A stretch of DNA of 59,195 bases, the filler included, from Sphacelaria rigidula (taxonomy: Eukaryota), in the NCBI GenBank assembly GCA_964200075.2. It is 8 parts of 8 records of this genome, joined end to end, with 100 filler letters (N's around TTAATTAATTAA, not from the genome) between each part and the next. Parts side by side here need not be neighbours in the genome. Positions count along the whole stretch, not along the records: positions 1 to 7,313 come from CAXNAA020015495.1; positions 7,414 to 14,726 come from CAXNAA020015496.1; 6 more parts are not named here. One strand, given 5' to 3'. Of the stretch, positions 1-11,572 are shown in pieces. The notes under the pieces were generated by a model. It made no database searches. It had not been told where the DNA came from and saw nothing but the letters and a program-made list of their open reading frames with translations. Within the stretch, counting starts at the first letter, position 1. Each line of letters starts with the position of its first letter. The translations under genes and the position numbers were made by a program.

Positions 1-829
1 CCAAAACCATGCACTTTTTCGGTGGGGGCTATCGTAGAAAGTGTCAGGGATGCGAGGTCAATGGTCTTACGACTATGGCATGCATGATCATGAGTACCCC
101 CAGAAAAACGTGGCTGCTTGGGGGAGGCGAAATCTACACTTGAATCAGAATGAAAAAAGCCGAGCACAATAAACGGCTGGGAATTCCAGCGCTTGGGTTC
201 GTTTTCGTCAATGTCGCCCATAAGAGGCGCTTCATACAGCCTGGGCCCAAACATCAGGCGCTGTATGACCATTTTCTTCGTGAGAGTTTGGCCTGGGTTT
301 TTTTCGGGGGGGGCGCGCGCTCATCTATTGCTTGCCTTGAGCGTTTGACCACTGACCACGCATCCCTTTTAAGACGGAGCACCGATCCTACTCTTCACAG
401 AGCCACCCCCAACATTCCAGCGCTCATTACGTTTCTTCCATACATTACACAAAAAACCTTTTACATATCTTAACCCCGTCCTGTTTCGCCGTTTCTGGCC
501 ACCATCTATCTCCCAGTATATAGCTTAGTGTTGTATTTGAGGGGAGGGGGGGGGGGATTATTTCCCTTGGTGTAAGTGTTCCGCACCCCTCCTGAAAATT
601 AGTATGCAATTCAAACGTCATTTTAGTGTTCAACCCCATTTTTTATAATCGTTTTTTTTCCTTGATTTTCTTGATTTGCTTTGGTTTATTCATTTTTTTC
701 GTCATTTTTTCATTTATATTTTATTATTCCTGTCGACTCTTATGTTTACGTGTATATATATATATATATATATTTGTGTTTATTGATTTTTCATTAATTT
801 CCATTTTCTTTGCATTGCCACCTTTCTCG

Positions 830-1540
830 ACTTCTCTGTCCCTCCTGATAGCATGCTCTTTCGTACTTTTCTTCCATACAGCCTTATCAGCTGTAGCTGG
901 CAATCTCTTTCTCTGTATGTTATTTATGCTATATTGCCACCTCAATTTCATCACGTCTATTTTTCAAGTGAGTACATTCCCAACTCTGCTCTCAGTGCTG
1001 TATTACTCGTCGTTTTAGAGCATCCAAGTATCTTCTTAGCTGCTACCATCTGTATTATTCATAACGTTTTTTCACCAACTTCACGTTGCCCTCCCGTACT
1101 TCTCCTGCATATTCCAGCTTTGGTACGATCACGTTCATCACGATACATCTCTTAATCCTAGTGTCTAGGTGCGAGTCTCTGAGGACCACGTCCATCCTTC
1201 CTATCTGTGCCTTACCCTTTACTATTATTTTGTTTACGTGTGCGTCCCAAGAACAGTTTCTTGATATCTCTACGCCAAGGTATGTATACNNNNNNNNTTT
1301 GAACTCTACCGGATTCTTCTTATCTTCGTTACAGACGAGTACCGCGCATTTGTTGACGCTCGCTGTCACTCTTCATTTCCTAGTGTATTCTAGTGCCTTC
1401 TCTATCTATTTTTGCAATCCTTCTGCTGTTTCTGATACCTCCACAAAACCATCTGCGAACATCAATCCTGATATCACATCTTCACCCACCTTGACTAGTT
1501 GATTTGTTGCTTCTATTGGTGTTATCAAGTCATTAATGAA
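830..1540 (-). mobile_element. Non-LTR retrotransposon (LINE) reverse transcriptase remnant, 5'-truncated and degraded
   Basis: Minus strand reads INDLITPIEATNQLVKVGEDVISGLMFADG (FADD-like), then VNKCAVLV..YTYLGVEISRNCSWDAHVNKIIVKGK..VIVPKLEYAGEV, typical of late RT domains/thumb; in-frame stops present. Confidence 0.88.
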
Positions 1541-4159
1541 TTGTTGATAGCACCACGACTAGTTCAGGCGCCGTGCTCGTCCTTTGAGGATTTGTTTTTG
1601 AAACGGAAAGGCGGGAACGGCACGGCACGGGTGTAATTCGTGCGCAAAAGACATGGCACGGGCACGTTGCACCTCAACTCCCACCGGCGGGGTATTGTCA
1701 TCTGCGCTTGTGAGAGCTTACGTCACATTAGCTCAATCCCTTGAAAACATTAGTTCTTTCCCTCCGACCCGTGGTCACGGGGTGTAAGGAGCTCGCCATC
1801 CATGATCATAAAACCAAGAGTTGACAGCGGATGCCTTTACACAAAAATGGTACACGAAAAGAATGAGCCCGCAAAAACCGATCGAACTACAAAAAAACAC
1901 ACTGCAAGCTGACAAATTACCGGCGTGTGATCTAGACGACCAAATTACCACCTCCTACTGCATATACGTGTAGAAACAGCAAACGCAGGAATCGACATGT
2001 CGCAGGCAGCGAGAACCATCCCGTAATAGACCTAGTAATATTGGAAAAGATCCCAGGTTCAAGGGAATGAGAAAATAGCTTCATCACCGAAGCATCAACT
2101 GACTTGGCTCAACAACAACACCAAGTGAGTTGATCACCCCATTCTTAGTTAGGTGTAACTACCCAGAGCTAATCCAAGTTCGAGAAGAAACCACATCTTC
2201 TTGCACTAGAAGCAGAAGGTTCGTCATTTATAAGAAATAGTTCGAAACCAAAGCGATATAGAACTCAGGACACTCCCGATCCCCCCTAATCTTGGCCCCC
2301 AAAAGGCACCGGGAAGAAGTTTATTTGACCACGTTACTGTACAGAAGACGACACAACGCCGGAAGAACCGGAGCCCAGAAGGAGAAGAAACGATTCCGCT
2401 AAAAAGTCACAGGCGCTGCCGGAAGCTGGCATGAGTGATGTCGGATATGACGAAGTCCGTCACATTCCGAGTGTAGGCATTAGGGTAGAAAGAAGGTGGG
2501 CAAGGGGCAAAGTACAGGGACGTAGAGACGTGAAGAAGCGTGCAGGCTGGAGATTGCACTGAGGCATGTTGAAAGCAAGAAAACATGCTGCCACCTATGA
2601 AAGCAAGCATTAAAGATGGAATAAGGCAGGATGAAAATGGGACTATTCATGGTGGAGAGGGGGTTGAACGGGGAAAAGGGGCGTGTAGTTATGGAATGCT
2701 GACCCGGATGTCCACGCCACACGCAAGGCGGAGGAAGGGGACCTGTTTCCTGGCGCCCTTTGGGACTGGCTTTGTCTCCTGGGATACAGACACGTGGGTA
2801 GTGCACACGGAGCACCTGTCGATGTCGAACGAATCGGGAGAAGGACGAAGGGACGGTTGCGGAAAGTTTAGCGAGAAAAGTACGGAAGGAACAATAGTTG
2901 TACTGTGAGCGAATGAGTGACGAACTGGTGTCGAAAGCAACGATCTCAAGAAGGTGGAAAAGGAAGTAAGTGGGATAATAGGTTGCTTCCGGTAATCAGG
3001 TTACTCCTCGATGAACTTACAGTGGGAAAACTACCGGCCTGTTAGTAACTGCGATATTCTATACAAGCAAATACAGCATGTAGGAGTGTGTTGTATTGCG
3101 TAAACACAGGGAAGGTGAGAGGTCCCCTTCTAGCGCCCCGTTCCCCATGTGTGTTGAATCGTGGGCTAAAAATGGGTGATGTCCACTCCTGCGGGAAAGT
3201 AAACCGAACACGTGCATTAAATGGGCTGGGAACTGGACCAGTTAATACTGCATATCTTCATTGTAACTGGAGTTAAACTGGAAATGGCTACGAGAGCGCC
3301 AGTTGTCCAGTTCATCTGGAGGTGTTGTGCCGCTTGTCGTTACCAAGAGTCTTTACATTAATTTTATTATGTGGAGTTTCTCACAAAGGAACACTTTATA
3401 TAATCAGCCCGTACGATTGAAGTTTGCAGTCTACAGCAGTACAGGTACCACAAACTTCGTTCGTACATAGTTGTTCTGCAGTTTTTATCTATCGACGACA
3501 GCGGGTCGGTCGACGGTTGGCCAGTCGAATGAGGAAAACGAAGAAATGAATGAGTGTGACTTAGTTATGGTGGGACGCTTGATGTCGAAGTGCCGAACGC
3601 CAAACCCCAATTGCCAATTGCATGAAGAGAGTTCTGAACATGATGCAGGACATACCCACTACACCTCGAAGTGATGTAGCAGATGTGTACCTAATCCGCG
3701 AAAAATAACGGTAACCGGCGATCACAAAATAGACAAGCAGTGTGTTGAACAAGCCGCGGTGAGAATTTGCGCTCTTTGTCCCAAGGTACTGCCAGCCTTG
3801 GCATACTTGTTCCGATCTTCAAGTCCTCATGGAGAGTCTCTGCTGCTGCATACTACAGATTGATGATTTTCGAATCGCGTACCACGTTCGAAGACATTTT
3901 CGAGAAGTACAAGCCTCTTAGCAGCTCGATGTAAGTGGTTGCATTTTTCACAACTGTTTACGATGTTGCAGGTGGCGTAGGTCAAACACCGCAATGTCTT
4001 TTGCCTCGGGCGGCGCTCATACGCGGCACCCCCCACCAGCCGGGAGGGGCGATTAACTGGAAAAAAATCGATGAACTGGCAACTGGCGCGGCCAGTATCG
4101 ACCGAACTGAACAGAGCTGATTGTTCACAGCCTTGAGAACAACGCTGCTTTTTCGTAGG

Positions 4160-4750
4160 ATTAGGGTGTGTTCGGTAGGGTATGAGAGTCTTCATAAATC
4201 TTACAGAAGTATCGAGTACCGGGATGGAATTCGCACAAAGGTTACAGAACCTATCGGGTAGGTGTACGAGGCTTACAGAGAATCCCGAAGGTGTCGTGTG
4301 ATGAAAGAAGGTTGCATAGAGAAATTGAACACGCACCCGGATATTTGTACAAGGGTATAGGGGTAAACCTTGTGTACAGAAAATACAGAACTGTCAGGTA
4401 AGGGTATTGGGGGGTAACAACAGTCACGGAACTATCGTTGACCGGTAGGGGAGTCTTCCACAAGTCACAGAACTATCGAGTGGGATTAGGAAAGCGTTAC
4501 TGGAGTCACAGATCTACCGTGTAGAGGTATGTATGTACGTGTTACTGAAGTCAAAGAGCTATCGAGTAGGGCAGTGAAAGTCTTACAGAATTCACGACAA
4601 ATATCGGGTAGGCTAATGAAAGTCTTACAGAAGCTACAGAACTTCGGGTGCCGATATAAAAGTCTTACAGAAGTCACCGAACTGTCGGATAGGGAGAATA
4701 TCCGTAAAGATACTCCGCGTATGCAACGAACCGGCCCCTAAACAAGATAG
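4160..4750 (+). repeat. Diverged copy of the 'ttacagaactgtcgggtaccggtatga' repeat family; a further fragment lies at about 5050-5275
   Basis: Many degenerate acagaa/tcgggta monomers homologous to the 11573-14395 array on a different contig. Confidence 0.8.
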
Positions 4751-7313
4751 GGATGAACACCATAATTCGGTAACCTGCACCCTGCTAGTTGATACTGATG
4801 GTGGCGCAGATGAAGGGCCCCCAATCGATCCATTACTCAGGTCTAGGAATAGTCCACTCCAACGGTCTGCGTTGCTCTCCATGTTTCGCTTTTCCCCTCA
4901 ACTGTACTCCGTAACCCGTCTGTGTACCAAACTTGAAAAAAATAAATAAGGGTGTATGGATTTGAATACCAGGGGGGTTTGATTGATGGACGCTGGGGAA
5001 CAAGTGCGACTTATTCGAACAAAAGTAGGGATTTAATCAAGATGTTCACCTCCCCCGGACATATACCCGTACTCTGCCTGCATTGGATATGCGCACAAGA
5101 GTATACGTTGAACCCGGGTTGGGGTTATGGGAGGCTTACAGACCCTACAGAGTTGTCGACCAGGAGTGTGATGGAGTTTACAGATCTTACAAAACTGGCG
5201 GGTACCGGTAAGACTTATTTTAACGAAACTGTTGGGTACCGGTTCGGAAGTTTTACACGCTTGACAGGATCGAGCAAAACACAGCAGTAGCCGTTCGCCC
5301 CGGTGAAGACACGGGATTTTTTCGCCACACAATTTCCAACAGGTGTAGATTGGTTTCAACCATAAATCGGATGACAACGCACACAGCCTCTTGGAAGCAC
5401 TGATGGGAGCGGAACGTGTTGTCATCAGTTCTGTACAGGATCAGAATTACAGTGTTCGAAATGAACGAAAAATTGAAAAATGGAGGGAAAGCAGAGGCAT
5501 CAGCAGCATGCAGTAAACTGTGTTTCAGTGGAGAGCGATGGCACGTTTATAGTGTCTCTTGCCGTTGTTCCCACTGAAGAAATACAGCGCACATACATAC
5601 CGACTCTGCACGCAATTGACTGCAGGGTCATAATCGGTCAGTGGTTCTCCGGGACTATTTCTACACAGATGACTAATATCCACATGTTCATGGACAAGGT
5701 TTTTTTGCTTAGCGAGAAAGAAGAGCAGTTCTAAATCTCAACTGTGGCATAGTCCAGCTCAGCCCACCTGCGGGGGTGTCGCTGTCTAAGTGTAAGCCCT
5801 TACACCGCGATGCGGGTAGTCCACCAGGATCACGCAGACTTTTTTCATGTGGGCTTGATGCCGATTCAGCACGTGACCTACCCTAACGTTCTCTAAACAT
5901 CGAAGATGGAACGAACGAGAGATAGAACGAAATCAGGCAACAGAGTAGACGCATTTCATCTAGGTAATCAATGTCCGAACCTATAACATAAGAGGAGAGC
6001 GCAACACGTTCGAGAAGAGGCGAGACAGGAAAGACAGGAGAGAGACCAACACAGACAGCGATGACAACAGTAAATGCAAACTCCTTGTGGATTTGACTAC
6101 AGCGAGGCTCACCTTCTTATCGATCCTCCTTGGGTCGATTTTCTGGTCGGTCCATCTTTGTTATCTGACCTATCCGCTCTCCGGGCAAAACTTCACGTGA
6201 CAACCCGATTCGAACTCGCTCGTTGTAGGGTTGGTAGCGAAGAGTGAACGTCTCTACCGCCCTCGTACTCTTCGATGAGGGGAACCCGTACGCTCGCCGT
6301 TTGTCTTCGTGGAAACCGAGATAAGTTTAGATCAATCTCGTGTGCGATGGCCGAGAGCTCGTTGTTGAGATGCCCCCAGAATGATCGGGTCGGTGTAAGG
6401 CGGTGAACGTCGATCACGTCCTTCAACAACCCCTCCACCTCACCCACGGACGGCGTCGGCACGCACAAGCGAAGACAACGAAGAGAGCGGCAATGAAGCT
6501 GAACCTTCTCGAGGGTGTTTAAAGTGATTCGGAGAGCCGGTTGCTGCATGTGATGCCTCCAACCTCCAACCTCCAAAAGTGCCCCGGTCGAAGTTTCGAC
6601 AGTCAAGTCTGAGAAGTTCAATCAAGACTCGCTCTCCTCACAAGGGGTCCAATTGGAGTGTTCTCGAGTGCGCCCAGAGACGGAAGCGAAACACAACGCC
6701 ATGAGCACCAATGAAGCTGAAACTTGTTGAGGGCGTCTCGATTGATGTTAGAAGAGCGATGAGATGGTTTTTTCGCGCAGCGCGGGTTCGAATCAATTCG
6801 GGGGGGAAAAGTGCGTGGTTTTGAGCGTCGTAATGAGGTCCGGACGAACAGGACGGACACTTTTTGAATTTCAAATCAGTAGGAGCCTTTCCAGCCTTGA
6901 GGGCCTCAAAGGAATTCGGGAGGGAATAGTGCTTGGTTCGGAGCTTCGTGATGAGGTCCGGACGGACAGGACGGACACTTCTTGAATTTCGGATCAGTAA
7001 AAGCCTTCTTAGCCCTAAGGGCCTCAAAGGAACCACGCACCAGTCTTGGAATTGAGTATACAACATGTGTACCTTGGTTTTTGAGACCTGTGACGCTAGC
7101 AGGTTTGCTATTAATGCTGTTGAGAGACTCCCCAGCTCCACTGGCCTCAAGGTCTCAGTTGTCCGCCTTTACAGCACCTTATCATTATTTCGGGGTAAAC
7201 ACCTGTAACCTACCATCAGGCCTGGGCTACGCAGCAAGGATCACCATCCACAGGATGCCCTTGTTCCGTGGTCATCATCCAGGATCCACTATGGACTCAA
7301 CCGTGAAGGCGTG

Positions 7314-7413
7314 NNNNNNNNNNNNNNNNNNNNNNNNNNNNNNNNNNNNNNNNNNNNTTAATTAATTAANNNNNNNNNNNNNNNNNNNNNNNNNNNNNNN
7401 NNNNNNNNNNNNN
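7314..7413. other. Artificial contig spacer (44N-TTAATTAATTAA-44N); identical spacers at 14727-14826, 22139-22238, 29551-29650, 36963-37062, 44374-44473 and 51785-51884
   Basis: Seven identical 100-bp linkers with stops in all six frames; the segments between them decrease in length from 7313 to 7311 bp. Confidence 0.98.
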
Positions 7414-7967
7414 AGTATGGCGAAGGCGCTGCTTTAGGCTTGAACCTCATCTCGGAGTTAAACCTCAATCCGCACAATTTGTTGTTTGTACATAAAATCA
7501 GCACCTAGTTGATGAACTTGACGGCTGTCAAGATACTGCACTGTCTTATCTACAACGAATGTTCTCGGGTCGACGAAGTAGACACGGCAATTATTGTTCC
7601 ACAAGTGAGGGATTGAACCTTTGTTCGCATTGTACAGTTCGCCATGCGGGCCTATCGGTCAACCGAGACTACTGCGAACCTAGAGCTACACCACTGACCG
7701 ATTGTAAAAAATGAGTCCGTATACAATAGGTGAGGCTCAAACCCCACCCGACAACGCTACAACTCCTTGAGAAAATGATGAGTGCCCACAAATGCTACCA
7801 GCTCAATTGGCGGCTTTAGCGAGTGTACCTGTTTTTTTATCTTGGGTTCGTCTATATTTTGTGACGCGGCAACACCACCATCAATCATAGAAAGGATCCA
7901 AGCACGCACCCAGTGGGTGATGATAGCATTTGAGTATAAGATCGGGGCGTTTCATCACTTCACTTAC

Positions 7968-8182
7968 TGCAATGCGTGAGAGGACCGCGTGCTTAGAGGA
8001 CCGCATCGGAATGGAATTTGAACACCCCTATGGTAAGGGTTAGGGTTAGGGTTGGTGTTAGGGTTATGGTCAGGGGCGTGGTACCTCCAGGGACTGACCC
8101 GATTGGTTTGAAAAACGTCGATCCTGAGGTGTTTTGAACTACGGCGCGGTCCTCTAAGCACGCGGTCTTCTCACATATTACA
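7968..8182. mobile_element. MITE copy 1 (~215 bp), TIRs of about 35 bp, internal TTAGGG-like tract, 5-bp TSD CTTAC
   Basis: tgcaatgcgtgagaggaccgcgtgcttagaggaccgc ... gcggtcctctaagcacgcggtcttctcacatattaca, flanked by cttac on both sides. Confidence 0.9.
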
Positions 8183-8502
8183 CTTACAGTCTCGGTCATT
8201 TTTTTGCAGAAATGCTTACACTTTTGGTACAGAAATTCGGAGGACATGGGGGGTGAGGGGGGGCAGGCTTGCATGCGTTAAAATGCGAAATTAATCTCGA
8301 GATGGAACCACTTTACCGTGCGATATCAAGTTACTGTATCGTACGCGTCCGCCATGCATGGCTGACATCACTCTTGCATACAGTAGTAGAAGAAGCGGAC
8401 AGCTTGGGGCTGAAATGAACTACAGAAAAATCTGCAGCTCTACCGTGGGCGAATACAGCAGTGCGAGCCCCCTGAGATAATGCGATGAGGATCTATTCAT
8501 AC

Positions 8503-8871
8503 CTTGAAAGTCACATTTCCGCGGTTTTCGAGAGTCACGAGCTCAGAGCTCGATGCCTCTAGCACCCAGTGGTAGAGTCCGGTCTCGCCTCGTGCTAGGC
8601 TCTGCCCCACGACTTGGGTATTATCCACCAGGCAAACACAGGGAGAGGTGAAGGCTTCCCCGCTGGTTGTGTTCACGCAGCATGTCGCAGCCTCTGCATG
8701 TTGTGCCAAGAGGGTATAGCTTAGGAGTAGAAGTGAACTGACTGCCACTGATGTTGATGTTCTCAACACTCGACGACGTCTTGAGAATTTGTTCTGACAT
8801 GGTGTGTTGAGGGCTGAACCCCGGGAACGATGCGGCGGACGTGGCTTATGAGATGCCGCCCCCACAGTCAT
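8503..8871 (-). CDS. Probable first exon of a secreted or membrane-anchored Cys-containing protein of unknown function
   Basis: MTVGAASH...AVSSLLLLSYTLLAQHAEA-ATCCVNTT...CVCLVDN...NVTFK; hydrophobic segment with AxA site, N-glycosylation sequons, ends at phase-0 donor AAG|GTATGA. Confidence 0.65.
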
Positions 8872-9289
8872 GGTACCGGGCGGTAGCGATTGTAGCGACC
8901 GCGTATGCGGTTTTGGGTAGAAAAATGTGTGAGAGAGTTGGTATCGAGCCGACTCCATTTGTGCTACAGCAATATACATCTCCCGCGTGGCACATCAAGA
9001 TCTTGTTCTCCCACTAGCTTAAAGTACAGGTAATGTTTGATGGGAAAGCGGCACAACATCACATCTTACAGCCGGGGGATATGGATATTTTTCGCGATTG
9101 GATTTTCTTCAAACAACCCAAACGTCCCGCATGTCGACTTTTTGCGGTCGGTTCCGCTACGCCACGTACTTTAGCCCACATCCTTGCGGACCACCACAAC
9201 TCCCCAGTCACACCGACTCGTGGAGTCAGTTCTCTTGCATAACGCACTGACACACATGCCAACAGGATACACTGATTTTCAGGACACGG

Positions 9290-9500
9290 TGTAATGCGTG
9301 AGAGGACCGCGTGCTTAGAGGACCGCATCGGAATTTGAACATCCTTATGGCTAGGGTTAGGGTTAGGGGTAGGCTTGGGGTTATGGTCAGGGGTGTGGTA
9401 CCTGCAGGGACTGGCCCGATTGGTGTTGAAAAACATCGATCCTGCGGTGTTTTGAACTACCGCGCGGTCCTCTAAGCACGCGGTCCTCTCACGCATTACA
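9290..9500. mobile_element. MITE copy 2 (~211 bp), TGT...ACA ends, 4-bp TSD ACGG
   Basis: acgg|tgtaatgcgtgagaggaccgcgtgcttagaggaccgc ... gcggtcctctaagcacgcggtcctctcacgcattaca|acgg; near-perfect TIRs. Confidence 0.92.
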
Positions 9501-10411
9501 ACGGTTTGGACCGTGGTCATCATTCTACCATCGGTGCTTATGGGTGTCATGTGTGCATCTCGTTCGCGTCCCGATCAGATTTTTCGTCCGATATTTCCTG
9601 ATTTCTGCCCCCTCGCGACTTTCCTGACATATTCGTTTTTCGTTTTGATTGGCAGGTTCTTGTCCAATGGGAGGAATGAGACTGTCAGCAGCGTCACGTG
9701 AGGAAAGGGGCCGTTCACAGGTGGTAAAGAGCACAGGAAAACCTATCTGAGGTGGGTAGCCTACCGGCTTGGCATCGTTATTATTCTGCGTTCGCCAATC
9801 GGCGGTCGAGGCTGACGCTCAAAAAAGAGTGATGAGAAAACAGCCCGCGAGGAGTGACTAGCGAGCTGCCGAAAGGCAGCAACGAGGAATGATTTATATG
9901 GAACATACGTGCCGACATCATGGCAACACGAGGATGGAATGCCCCCCAAAAGGCAAACCTGCGGTTGATTGACAGATTAAGGGCGCATCGCATATTCTGA
10001 CCCGCTACGAATCCAGCCGTGGTCACAACGTTGTGATGCGGCAGTAGTATCATGATGCATCACGATAACGGCGGTGCTACCCAGGGAGTGTATCATGGGA
10101 GTTACATGAGAGCACCATGACACACTTCGTTCGTGGTGCTGCCACGACAATGCTGTGGTTCATTCACGCGGTCGATCACAGCATCAAGATGGTCCTTCTG
10201 TGGTACTCTCGCCGTGTACACACTGCAGGGAGGCACTCCCAGCATCGGACATGCCTCACCAGAGCAGAGGAAGGCTTTTGACCAGAGGTTCAAAGTTGGG
10301 GTATGATTTCGAGCGACTCGTGTTGGGGTGGGACAATCATCATTGTTGGTGGGGCTTGGAAAAGAGCTAGACCGGTTCTGCGTGTCCCGCGTCAGCGCGG
10401 CGGAACTGAGG

Positions 10412-10485
10412 GGGCGTACTCATTTGTTGCTTGCCTTAGTCATTTGACCATTGACCACGCATCCCTTTCGAGACGGAGCATCACG
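10412..10485. repeat. Dispersed interspersed repeat (gaccattgaccacgcatccctttcgagacggagca); related copies at about 315-385, 16130-16220, 52820-52880 and 56020-56090
   Basis: Same motif found on four different contigs in either orientation. Confidence 0.75.
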
Positions 10486-10530
10486 CGGAACTGAGGGGGG
10501 GGAACGGTTCGGGAAAAGAGTAAAGCCCAA

Positions 10531-11557
10531 TATTGTCGGCACTGTTTTTTTGCAGAGATCTCAGACATTTTCCGAGTTTTCTGACTCGGCGTTTAGACAT
10601 CTCCAAGAATAAATCGGCTTGATTTTTTCTCCGAGACTTCATTTTTAGAGAAGTGCCACTCTGTTTCGAAACATAAGCCCCGTTTGGAAAAACCGAAATA
10701 TAAGCCCCGTATACACATTGACGTGTATACGACTCCCCAGCTCTTTAAGAGCCATGGAAATACTTGCATACACTATCGCGAGGATTGGGGAGGAAAAAAA
10801 ATGTTCAGGGTGACCAGGGGACACCAGGAATCCATCCCCGGGTTTTCACTGCATCAGGTGATGAAATGGTGCTGGCAAGTCCGGTGTTCCAGGTGATGAT
10901 GTAGTACCTCCAATACCTTTCCCTGGACGATGAAACTGCATGGGAATGCGGTAGGAACAGTTTGGAGATGGAAAACAGCAGTCCCTGGGGTGACCAGGGA
11001 ATACGCGAATATCATCCCCGGGTTTCCAATTCAGAACATCCGGGGATGATATTACTCTGGTGTAGTCGCCCCTCCGCAGAATGCTGTTTTGGCTGCCTTT
11101 GAGAAGCTCGGCAATCACAGCGATTTGCTCGTCACGTTGAGATTCTCTCTTGGGTGTCTCGGCAACACTTTCATCGGTAGGCATGCTTATTTGCACTACC
11201 GGATGGCCTCTTTTAACTACTTTGGAAGAAGCGAGCTCTGTGTAGTGCTTCTTGAGGGTGGGTGTGTGTGGGCAGGACTGTCAATTTTTTCAAACAAAAA
11301 GTGGTTGGTGTTTTCAGGCGGGAGCGGCGCAAATACGATGCAAAAAAACGTTTGAAAAAGTTCGCCTTCCATCCGAAGTTATGCCGCAAAATCCTCAAAC
11401 GGGGCTTATGTTTCGGAACATAGTGGTACAAAAATTCGGACTGTAACGTGCTGCTCTGGAAATACGCCGTGGCGCTCGCAAGCATCCGAGAACCATCAGT
11501 TACCTTGCCGATCCTGACAACGTCGGAGATTTCTGAAAAAAAACAGTGTCGATAATA
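10531..11557. mobile_element. Non-autonomous DNA transposon (~1 kb) with imperfect terminal and subterminal inverted repeats
   Basis: Left tattgtcggcactgttttttt..agatctcagac pairs with right gtcggagatttctgaaaaaaaacagtgtcgataata; inner gtttcgaaacataagccccgtt pairs with aacggggcttatgtttcggaac; no clear TSD. Confidence 0.65.
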
Positions 11558-11572
11558 AACTATACAAAAATG

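Noticed and set aside
1541..2990. Possible retroelement ORF or LTR next to the LINE remnant
   Set aside because: No frame gave a convincing domain and no paired termini were found
7358..7369. Recurring TTAATTAATTAA as a biological motif
   Set aside because: Synthetic six-frame stop linker inside N padding
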